From: Macrostomum lignano
Lineage: Eukaryota
Direction: 5' to 3'
DNA length: 64,000 nucleotides
NCBI GenBank assembly: GCA_002269645.1
Contig: NIVC01000012.1
Location: 1,240,001 to 1,304,000, forward strand
In this document: in pieces, positions 1-12,000 of the stretch
How the letters are laid out: each line of letters starts with the position of its first letter
How positions within the stretch are numbered: the stretch's first letter is position 1
Program-made: the position numbers and the translations under genes
The notes under the pieces: generated by a model
What the model saw: only the letters and a program-made list of their open reading frames with translations
What the model was told of the DNA's origin: nothing
The model's database searches: none

Positions 1-3000
1 TACTTGGATGTACTTGATTGTGACGACAACGCGATAGCGACGACTGCCGCCGCACTTGGTCACGTGGTCTTTGTCGCCCTTGCACTTGATTTTCTTGCAC
101 GGAACGGCCGAGCGCTTCACCTTCTTGATGCAGTGCTGCGTGCAACGAGGCGGCAGAGACATCGTGCACTTCACACGCGACGTGTAGAAGATGTGCGTCG
201 TGACGCTCTTCGCCCTGCCAGGCTTGCACTCTTTGCGGATGATCTTGGCTTTCGGACAAGTTCTCGGAGCTGCAATCAAGGCGAAAGCGAATAATCACTT
301 AGCATAGTTACGAATAATCTACATAGTTTACGGATTCGGCTTCTCTTAACATGCGCCAATGGCGTTGCAAGTCACGCCTGGGGCACAAAGGTGCAAAAGG
401 TATTAATATACTCGTTTTTCACGAGTGCATTTACTTACGGCACCGGATCTTCTTGATGACCTTCCGGCTCTTGGGAACGCATTTCTTTCCGTTCCACCGG
501 TAGGTGACTCGAGTAAACACGCGATAGGCCCTGTGCTTCTTGCAGTGACGGATGAGAGTCCTGCTCGAGCAGTCCTTCCTGCAAATCTTCTTTGCAGAAA
601 TCTTGCGCTTCTTCACGCAGATTATCTTGCACACCCGTTTTCCTCCTGACTTTGATTTTGATTTTCCCATGTCTGAAGTTGTAAATTGTAAATTACAAGT
701 TATTAAGCATCAGACCAGCATCTAGCATGTGTCCGTTCTCCTACCTGTGCACACTTCCCGAACGACGCTGCTGACGATGGAATCAAGCTTGTTAAAGTTT
801 CCGGCTCGCCAGAATCTTCCTTTGCTTGAGATGCCCTTTAGTTCAGCCCTGCAGCAGTAGATTTCGAAAGCAAGCATGCTTCGCTTATAATGTCTTATTT
901 GAATCAGGTAACCTATGTTCTGTAATACAGTTTAAGAAATGTATTCTTACGGATTAATCTTGTCGGTCACGCTTGGGTCGGGGTTGTAGATTCCGACAGA
1001 GACAAAGCGGGCGCCCTTCTTCTTCAAGACTTTAGCCGAGGCGACGGGGTCACCCATCGTGCTCTTCCGTCAGTGATGACCACGACAATGAACGGGACTC
1101 CAGCTCGTCTCTTCGGGTAGATGTCACTGTTGACAAGGTCGATAGCCGCATAAGTCATTGTGATTCCCTCGTCTCGTGGAAGCTTCGACATGGCGGCCAG
1201 AACCTGCGACTTGGTTTTGTACTTGTCCAAGTTGAACACGAGTTTCGGTCTGGTCGAATAAGTGACAACAGCAACGCGAACGCCAGTCGGAGATACGCCC
1301 ATCCTGCGAACGATGTGCTGAACAAAGCGAGATTCTTTGGCAAAATCGGCGTCGTGAATGCTGGTCGAAGAGTCCAGAACGAACACGAGGTCGGCAACCT
1401 TGCTGCAGGTGCGACTTGGCGGAACAACCAGACCGGTGCAAACCTTCTTCTTCTTGTAGTAATACGTAGTGGTGTAGGAGTACTTGTGCCCAGCCGAGCA
1501 TCGCGTGTGCACCTTTCGTGGCTTCCTGCAGCGATGTGGCGGCTTCGGACACAACACGCGAGAGTGGATCAGCTTGCGGATGCAGTGCAGTGTGCAGATA
1601 CGGCCGCTGCACCTCTTCTTAACGGTGGAAGTCGCGATCGTGAGAGTCCGGTACTTCCTGCCCTTGCCGCACGAAGTTCGCTTGATGGTCTTCGACCCCT
1701 TCGGGCAAACCACTGGGCATGGATAGTGCTTGACGGTCCTGTGCTTCCTGCATTTCTTTCCGACTCGTGTATTCCAGGTAGTGATGACGGATCGGTAGCG
1801 CCTCTTACCTCCGCACTTGGTAAGCTTGACCTTCTTGGCCTCGTCGCACACGATGTGAAAGCACGGGACACCAGACTTGGTCACTCGCTTTGTGCACACC
1901 TGTCGGCATACGATCGGCTTCTTCTTGCTGCACACAATCTTACCAGAGTAGAAAATCGTAGTGGTGACCTTGTGCTTGGCTCCCTTCGTGCAGTTGCTGG
2001 TAGTCGTCCTCGACTTCGGGCACCGTCGGGGTGCTGAAATTATAAGTTATGAGTAAGGTCATATCATTTTTTGTTTTCGAAAAGTTAGTGCTGGCTGCGA
2101 AAGTACTAAAGTGGTTGTTACTAATTTTCTTAGCTCTTCATGCTGGTAGAAAAGTAATCAGTAAAGATCGTTTGTACAACAATAACGACAGCAGCAACAA
2201 AACACACCTCTCGCTGGCCACGAGTAAAGAACGTTCGTACACTTTATTGAAAGCTGTATTGGCGCCATTGAGACGTCAGATAGAAGCATTTTGGTTTGTA
2301 GTACGTTTCTAATATCAAGCCTAATTATTAAACGATTTTGCCCTTGTTGTCTACAGACGTTACCCTGCATTTCAAGGTAGCTAGGCTTAAAAGATCAGAA
2401 GCTAAGGCATAAACATAATTTCATTTATTAATCATATTTACTATACTATCAAAGTCCACTCTGTCGTGCATTCCTTGCCTTGTTTTAACCTAAGCTCGAA
2501 ACCGAAATTTTCAGTTATTAATTTTCAGATACTCTCGAAAACTTCTGCAATAAGTTGGATTTCCTTGAAAAGAAATTTTCTGAAACTTAATTAACTATTC
2601 TATTATTTTTCGTCACATACAGATGGGTCTTATGTTAAACAAAGTTTTGCGTTCGTCAATAGAGTTTTTTATAGTGCTCAATCGAAAACTATTGTTTCAT
2701 CTCATTACTTTGAATCTTCTGGATTCAAGAATCGAAAACAAAATACAAGGGCTGAAAGAACAAGAAACCCATCACCCTGAAAACATGTCTCAGGTACAAT
2801 ACTTAGAAGTTACAGATTTAGTGAAAGTGCTTAAATAAATCAAACAGCAATTGAATGAACAATTGCATTTCTTACAGTTTGAAATAACAAATAGTTTGCA
2901 AAAACAAGAGACTAAACTTACGGCATGGGAGTCTCTTCTTCGTGATACGCTTCAGCGGTACACAGCGTCCGCGAATTCGCTTGTAGTAAACCTCGATCAA

Positions 3001-6000
3001 GTACTTGTAGGCGGAGTGCTTCTTGCAGCGCTTGAGCACGGCCTTAACTTTACACGGAGTAGGGACTGGTGGGCAAGGCTTTTTCTTGCTAACCATGTGT
3101 CTGACGCACTTTGCGGTGCACTTGCCCTTGTGAACGCACGAGCGACGAACAGTGTAGCTGATGATGGACTTGACCTCGAACAAGCTGTGCGACTTGCCCT
3201 TGGAGCAGGGTTTACGGATGACCTGAGTCTTCGGGCACTTGATCGGACACGGATAGCGCTTGGTGGTCTTGTGCTTCTTGCAGATGCCTTTTACTTCGGT
3301 GTACTTGATGGTGACGACAACACGATAGCGACGACTGCCGCCGCACTTTGTCACGTGGTCCTTGTCCTTCTTGCACTTGATTTTCTTGCACGGAACAGCC
3401 GAGCGCTTCACCTTCTTGATGCAGTGCTGCGTGCAACGAGGCCGCTTCGACTTTGTACACCTGACATGCGACGTGTAGAAGATGTGCGTCGTGACTCGCT
3501 TGACGACTCCCGGCTTGCACTTTGTGCGGATTGTCTTGGCCTTCGGACAGCGTCTTGGTGCTGCATTGTGTTTACATTTTGATCAAAGAATGAGATATCA
3601 TTTAGGGAAACTAGAACACTTACTTAAGAGCGTACTTAAAAAGCATGATTATCAATACTTACGACAAGGCTGCTTCTTGACGATCCTTGTGCGGTGTTTG
3701 CGGCACTTTCCGTCGACCAGCCTGTAGCTGATTTGCAGGAACAGTCGGTAAGCCGCGTGCTTAGTGCACTTCTTCACAATCATTGCCGGATCGCAATGGA
3801 TTTTGATGATCTTGCACTTTTTCTTAGTGACAGTCTGCTTCCTAATGCACTTGCCGCCGCGATCGATAAACACCACCTTGGTAAGCTTCCTGTAGCCCTT
3901 GCGGCACTTCTTGTCCAGGAGCAGCAGAGGCTTCCTGTTGCACTTGCACTTAATGATGGACACCTGGACTTTCTTCTTGTGACACACCCAGCCGGTTTTG
4001 TACTTGCGCGACTCGTAGAAGTTCAGGAAGGTCTGCGTGCGTCCAGCCTTGCACTTGCTGCCGACCGTCGTCTTGTGGTAGTGAATCTGGTGGGACGAGC
4101 AGCCAGAGCAGCGGACGCGACGCACGGATTTTCGTCGCCAGACACAGCGTCCGTGGACCCGAGTGCGGTACTTCGTTGTGATGGTTCGGAAGTTGTGCAC
4201 ACACTTGGTGGTGTGGTAGGATAGCTGGTATCGGCACTTGCGCTTCTTGCACGGCTTCCTGGCTGACCGCTTGTGCTTCTTCACGCACACAATCTTGCAG
4301 CGGCGCGCTTTTCCAGACTTCAAAGCACCTGAGAAACAGTTGTGCATTCGTTTAAAGTAAGGTATGCTTGTAAACCATTGCGAACTAAAATAATTGGTTG
4401 CTAAACGTTTTAGGCATTGGGACTTACGGTGACACACTCGCTTCTTCACGTAGTAATAGGTGATGATGTACGAGTGTGAGTTCTTCTTCGAGCATCGGAC
4501 GTGCACCTTGCGCGGCTTCCTGCAGCGATGTGGCGGCTTCGGACACAACACGCGAGAGTGGATCAGCTTGCGGATGCAGTGCAGTGTGCAGATACGGCCG
4601 CTGCACCTCTTCTTAACGGTGGAAGTCGCGATCGTGAGAGTCCGGTACTTCCTGCCCTTGCCGCACGAAGTTCGCTTGATGGTCTTGGACCTCTTCGGGC
4701 AAACCACTGGGCACGGATAGTGCTTGACGGTCCTGTGCTTCCTGCACTTCTTTCCGACTCGTGTATTCCAGGTAGTGATGACGGATCGGTAGCGCCTCTT
4801 ACCGCCGCACTTGGTAAGCTTGACCTTCTTGGCCTCGTCGCACACGATGTGAAAGCACGGGACACCAGACTTGGTCACTCGCTTTGTGCACACCTGTCGG
4901 CATACGATCGGCTTCTTCTTGCTGCACACAATCTTACCAGAGTAGAAAATCGTAGTGGTGACCTTGTGCCTGACTCCCTTTGTGCACTTCGTTTTGGTTA
5001 CTCTCGTCTTCGGGCACTTGCGAGGTGCTAAAATATTAATTCAATAAGCAGATATAAACCCTGGTTTTGAAACTTCTATTTTGACGAGTAGATTAGCTAC
5101 CCTTGCTACTTGTCAAGGAACGAGCTACTTACGGCAAAGAAGTCGGGCAATTGTCTCTCGCTTGTAGATGACACAAGTTCCGCGAACATTCCTGTAGAGC
5201 GCCTTGATCTGGTACTTGTATGCAGAGTGTTTGCGACACTTGGTCCAGAAGGGCGGAGGCTGCTTGCAGCGACGATCTGGCGGACGCGTTTTGCACCGCT
5301 TTCGCGATCGCAGAACTCGTCTGACGCACTTCACTGTGCACTTGCCCTTGTGAACGCACGCGCGACGAACGGTGTAGCTGATGATGGACTTCACAGAGAA
5401 CTTGCGACCCTTTTTGCAAGGCCTTATGATGGTCTGAGTCTTTGGGCACTTGACCGGACACGGATAGCGCTTGGTGGTCTTGCGCCTCTTGCAGACGCCT
5501 TTTACTTGGATGTACTTGATTGTGACGACAACGCGATAGCGACGACTGCCGCCGCACTTGGTCACGTGGTCTTTGTCGCCCTTGCACTTGATTTTCTTGC
5601 ACGGAACGGCCGAGCGCTTCACCTTCTTGATGCAGTGCTGCGTGCAACGAGGCGGCAGAGACATCGTGCACTTCACACGCGACGTGTAGAAGATGTGCGT
5701 CGTGACGCTCTTCGCCCTGCCAGGCTTGCACTCTTTGCGGATGATCTTGGCTTTCGGACAAGTTCTCGGAGCTGCAATCAAGGCGAAAGCGAATAATCAC
5801 TTAGCATAGTTACGAATAATCTACATAGTTACGGATTCGGCTTCTCTTAACATGCGCCAATGGCGTTGCAAGTCACGCCTGGGGGCACAAAGGTGCAAAA
5901 GGTATTAATATACTCGTTTTTCACGAGTGCATTTACTTACGGCACCGGATCTTCTTGATGACCTTCCGGCTCTTGGGAACGCATTTCTTTCCGTTCCACC

Positions 6001-9000
6001 GGTAGGTGACTCGAGTAAACACGCGATAGGCCCTGTGCTTCTTGCAGTGACGGATGAGAGTCCTGCTCGAGCAGTCCTTCCTGCAAATCTTCTTTGCAGA
6101 AATCTTGCGCTTCTTCACGCAGATTATCTTGCACACCCGTTTTCCTCCTGACTTTGATTTTGATTTTCCCATGTCTGAAGTTGTAAATTGTAAATTACAA
6201 GTTATTAAGCATCAGACCAGCATCTAGCATGTGTCCGTTCTCCTACCTGTGCACACTTCCCGAACGACGCTGCTGACGATGGAATCAAGCTTGTTAAAGT
6301 TTCCGGCTCGCCAGAATCTTCCTTTGCTTGAGATGCCCTTTAGTTCAGCCCTGCAGCAGTAGATTTCGAAAGCAAGCATGCTTCGCTTATAATGTCTTAT
6401 TTGAATCAGGTAACCTATGTTCTGTAATACAGTTTAAGAAATGTATTCTTACGGATTAATCTTGTCGGTCACGCTTGGGTCGGGGTTGTAGATTCCGACA
6501 GAGACAAAGCGGGCGCCCTTCTTCTTCAAGACTTTAGCCGAGGCGACGGGGTCACCCATCGTGCTCTTCCGTCAGTGATGACCACGACAATGAACGGGAC
6601 TCCAGCTCGTCTCTTCGGGTAGATGTCACTGTTGACAAGGTCGATAGCCGCATAAGTCATTGTGATTCCCTCGTCTCGTGGAAGCTTCGACATGGCGGCC
6701 AGAACCTGCGACTTGGTTTTGTACTTGTCCAAGTTGAACACGAGTTTCGGTCTGGTCGAATAAGTGACAACAGCAACGCGAACGCCAGTCGGAGATACGC
6801 CCATCCTGCGAACGATGTGCTGAACAAAGCGAGATTCTTTGGCAAAATCGGCGTCGTGAATGCTGGTCGAAGAGTCCAGAACGAACACGAGGTCGGCAAC
6901 CTTGCTGCAGGTGCGACTTGGCGGAACAACCAGACCGGTGCAAACCTTCTTCTTCTTGTAGTAATACGTAGTGGTGTAGGAGTACTTGTGCCCAGCCGAG
7001 CATCGCGTGTGCACCTTTCGTGGCTTCCTGCAGCGATGTGGCGGCTTCGGACACAACACGCGAGAGTGGATCAGCTTGCGGATGCAGTGCAGTGTGCAGA
7101 TACGGCCGCTGCACCTCTTCTTAACGGTGGAAGTCGCGATCGTGAGAGTCCGGTACTTCCTGCCCTTGCCGCACGAAGTTCGCTTGATGGTCTTCGACCC
7201 CTTCGGGCAAACCACTGGGCATGGATAGTGCTTGACGGTCCTGTGCTTCCTGCATTTCTTTCCGACTCGTGTATTCCAGGTAGTGATGACGGATCGGTAG
7301 CGCCTCTTACCTCCGCACTTGGTAAGCTTGACCTTCTTGGCCTCGTCGCACACGATGTGAAAGCACGGGACACCAGACTTGGTCACTCGCTTTGTGCACA
7401 CCTGTCGGCATACGATCGGCTTCTTCTTGCTGCACACAATCTTACCAGAGTAGAAAATCGTAGTGGTGACCTTGTGCTTGGCTCCCTTCGTGCAGTTGCT
7501 GGTAGTCGTCCTCGACTTCGGGCACCGTCGGGGTGCTGAAATTATAAGTTATGAGTAAGGTCATATCATTTTTTGTTTTCGAAAAGTTAGTGCTGGCTGC
7601 GAAAGTACTAAAGTGGTTGTTACTAATTTTCTTAGCTCTTCATGCTGGTAGAAAAGTAATCAGTAAAGATCGTTTGTACAACAATAACGACAGCAGCAAC
7701 AAAACACACCTCTCGCTGGCCACGAGTAAAGAACGTTCGTACACTTTATTGAAAGCTGTATTGGCGCCATTGAGACGTCAGATAGAAGCATTTTGGTTTG
7801 TAGTACGTTTCTAATATCAAGCCTAATTATTAAACGATTTTGCCCTTGTTGTCTACAGACGTTACCCTGCATTTCAAGGTAGCTAGGCTTAAAAGATCAG
7901 AAGCTAAGGCATAAACATAATTTCATTTATTAATCATATTTACTATACTATCAAAGTCCACTCTGTCGTGCATTCCTTGCCTTGTTTTAACCTAAGCTCG
8001 AAACCGAAATTTTCAGTTATTAATTTTCAGATACTCTCGAAAACTTCTGCAATAAGTTGGATTTCCTTGAAAAGAAATTTTCTGAAACTTAATTAACTAT
8101 TCTATTATTTTTCGTCACATACAGATGGGTCTTATGTTAAACAAAGTTTTGCGTTCGTCAATAGAGTTTTTTATAGTGCTCAATCGAAAACTATTGTTTC
8201 ATCTCATTACTTTGAATCTTCTGGATTCAAGAATCGAAAACAAAATACAAGGGCTGAAAGAACAAGAAACCCATCACCCTGAAAACATGTCTCAGGTACA
8301 ATACTTAGAAGTTACAGATTTAGTGAAAGTGCTTAAATAAATCAAACAGCAATTGAATGAACAATTGCATTTCTTACAGTTTGAAATAACAAATAGTTTG
8401 CAAAAACAAGAGACTAAACTTACGGCATGGGAGTCTCTTCTTCGTGATACGCTTCAGCGGTACACAGCGTCCGCGAATTCGCTTGTAGTAAACCTCGATC
8501 AAGTACTTGTAGGCGGAGTGCTTCTTGCAGCGCTTGAGCACGGCCTTAACTTTACACGGAGTAGGGACTGGTGGGCAAGGCTTTTTCTTGCTAACCATGT
8601 GTCTGACGCACTTTGCGGTGCACTTGCCCTTGTGAACGCACGAGCGACGAACAGTGTAGCTGATGATGGACTTGACCTCGAACAAGCTGTGCGACTTGCC
8701 CTTGGAGCAGGGTTTACGGATGACCTGAGTCTTCGGGCACTTGATCGGACACGGATAGCGCTTGGTGGTCTTGTGCTTCTTGCAGATGCCTTTTACTTCG
8801 GTGTACTTGATGGTGACGACAACACGATAGCGACGACTGCCGCCGCACTTTGTCACGTGGTCCTTGTCCTTCTTGCACTTGATTTTCTTGCACGGAACAG
8901 CCGAGCGCTTCACCTTCTTGATGCAGTGCTGCGTGCAACGAGGCCGCTTCGACTTTGTACACCTGACATGCGACGTGTAGAAGATGTGCGTCGTGACTCG

Positions 9001-12000
9001 CTTGACGACTCCCGGCTTGCACTTTGTGCGGATTGTCTTGGCCTTCGGACAGCGTCTTGGTGCTGCATTGTGTTTACATTTTGATCAAAGAATGAGATAT
9101 CATTTAGGGAAACTAGAACACTTACTTAAGAGCGTACTTAAAAAGCATGATTATCAATACTTACGACAAGGCTGCTTCTTGACGATCCTTGTGCGGTGTT
9201 TGCGGCACTTTCCGTCGACCAGCCTGTAGCTGATTTGCAGGAACAGTCGGTAAGCCGCGTGCTTAGTGCACTTCTTCACAATCATTGCCGGATCGCAATG
9301 GATTTTGATGATCTTGCACTTTTTCTTAGTGACAGTCTGCTTCCTAATGCACTTGCCGCCGCGATCGATAAACACCACCTTGGTAAGCTTCCTGTAGCCC
9401 TTGCGGCACTTCTTGTCCAGGAGCAGCAGAGGCTTCCTGTTGCACTTGCACTTAATGATGGACACCTGGACTTTCTTCTTGTGACACACCCAGCCGGTTT
9501 TGTACTTGCGCGACTCGTAGAAGTTCAGGAAGGTCTGCGTGCGTCCAGCCTTGCACTTGCTGCCGACCGTCGTCTTGTGGTAGTGAATCTGGTGGGACGA
9601 GCAGCCAGAGCAGCGGACGCGACGCACGGATTTTCGTCGCCAGACACAGCGTCCGTGGACCCGAGTGCGGTACTTCGTTGTGATGGTTCGGAAGTTGTGC
9701 ACACACTTGGTGGTGTGGTAGGATAGCTGGTATCGGCACTTGCGCTTCTTGCACGGCTTCCTGGCTGACCGCTTGTGCTTCTTCACGCACACAATCTTGC
9801 AGCGGCGCGCTTTTCCAGACTTCAAAGCACCTGAGAAACAGTTGTGCATTCGTTTAAAGTAAGGTATGCTTGTAAACCATTGCGAACTAAAATAATTGGT
9901 TGCTAAACGTTTTAGGCATTGGGACTTACGGTGACACACTCGCTTCTTCACGTAGTAATAGGTGATGATGTACGAGTGTGAGTTCTTCTTCGAGCATCGG
10001 ACGTGCACCTTGCGCGGCTTCCTGCAGCGATGTGGCGGCTTCGGACACAACATGCGAGAGTGGATCAGCTTGCGGATGCAGTGCAGTGTGCAGATACGGC
10101 CGCTGCACCTCTTCTTAACGGTGGAAGTCGCGATCGTGAGAGTCCGGTACTTCCTGCCCTTGCCGCACGAAGTTCGCTTGATGGTCTTGGACCTCTTCGG
10201 GCAAACCACTGGGCACGGATAGTGCTTGACGGTCCTGTGCTTCCTGCACTTCTTTCCGACTCGTGTATTCCAGGTAGTGATGACGGATCGGTAGCGCCTC
10301 TTACCGCCGCACTTGGTAAGCTGACCTTCTTGGCCTCGTCGCACACGATGTGAAAGCACGGGACACCAGACTTGGTCACTCGCTTTGTGCACACCTGTCG
10401 GCATACGATCGGCTTCTTCTTGCTGCACACAATCTTACCAGAGTAGAAAATCGTAGTGGTGACCTTGTGCCTGACTCCCTTTGTGCACTTCGTTTTGGTT
10501 ACTCTCGTCTTCGGGCACTTGCGAGGTGCTAAAATATTAATTCAATAAGCAGATATAAACCCTGGTTTTGAAACTTCTATTTTGACGAGTAGATTAGCTA
10601 CCCTTGCTACTTGTCAAGGAACGAGCTACTTACGGCAAAGAAGTCGGGCAATTGTCTCTCGCTTGTAGATGACACAAGTTCCGCGAACATTCCTGTAGAG
10701 CGCCTTGATCTGGTACTTGTATGCAGAGTGTTTGCGACACTTGGTCCAGAAGGGCGGAGGCTGCTTGCAGCGACGATCTGGCGGACGCGTTTTGCACCGC
10801 TTTCGCGATCGCAGAACTCGTCTGACGCACTTCACTGTGCACTTGCCCTTGTGAACGCACGCGCGACGAACGGTGTAGCTGATGATGGACTTCACAGAGA
10901 ACTTGCGACCCTTTTTGCAAGGCCTTATGATGGTCTGAGTCTTTGGGCACTTGACCGGACACGGATAGCGCTTGGTGGTCTTGCGCCTCTTGCAGACGCC
11001 TTTTACTTGGATGTACTTGATTGTGACGACAACGCGATAGCGACGACTGCCGCCGCACTTGGTCACGTGGTCTTTGTCGCCCTTGCACTTGATTTTCTTG
11101 CACGGAACGGCCGAGCGCTTCACCTTCTTGATGCAGTGCTGCGTGCAACGAGGCGGCAGAGACATCGTGCACTTCACACGCGACGTGTAGAAGATGTGCG
11201 TCGTGACGCTCTTCGCCCTGCCAGGCTTGCACTCTTTGCGGATGATCTTGGCTTTCGGACAAGTTCTCGGAGCTGCAATCAAGGCGAAAGCGAATAATCA
11301 CTTAGCATAGTTACGAATAATCTAATATTTGGATTCGGCTTCTCTTAACATGCGCCAATGGCGTTGCAAGTCACGCCTGGGGCACAAAGGTGCAAAAGGT
11401 ATTAATATACTCGTTTTTCACGAGTGCATTTACTTACGGCACCGGATCTTCTTGATGACCTTCCGGCTCTTGGGAACGCATTTCTTTCCGTTCCACCGGT
11501 AGGTGACTCGAGTAAACACGCGATAGGCCCTGTGCTTCTTGCAGTGACGGATGAGAGTCCTGCTCGAGCAGTCCTTCCTGCAAATCTTCTTTGCAGAAAT
11601 CTTGCGCTTCTTCACGCAGATTGTTTTGCAATGCGCTTTACCTTTTGATGATTTGCCTTGAACGAAGTAATTGTGTTTTTTAGGTTTTTTGTCGTAAAAA
11701 TAGTAAATTGTCTAGTAAAGCTTTAATCATATTAAAACATTAAAAAAATTTTTTACCTAGACACAAATGCTTTCGCTGGTAGTAATAGGTGATGATGTAG
11801 GAGTACATGTGTCCGGCTGAGCATCGAACGCGCACTTTGCGTGGCCTCCTGCAGCGATGTGGCGGCTTTGGACACAGCACACGAGAGTGGATCAGCTTGC
11901 GGATGCAGTGCAGTGTGCAGATACGGCCGCTGCACCTCTTCTTAACGGTGGAAGTCGCGATCGTGAGAGTCCGGTACTTCCTGCCCTTGCCGCACGAAGT

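Larger units (their letters stand above)
1..11620. repeat. 5,502-bp tandem duplication (about 2.1 copies) spanning 7 exons plus introns
   Basis: Position 1 text recurs at 5503 and 11004; ORF track duplicated at +5502; introns equally identical. Confidence 0.95.
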
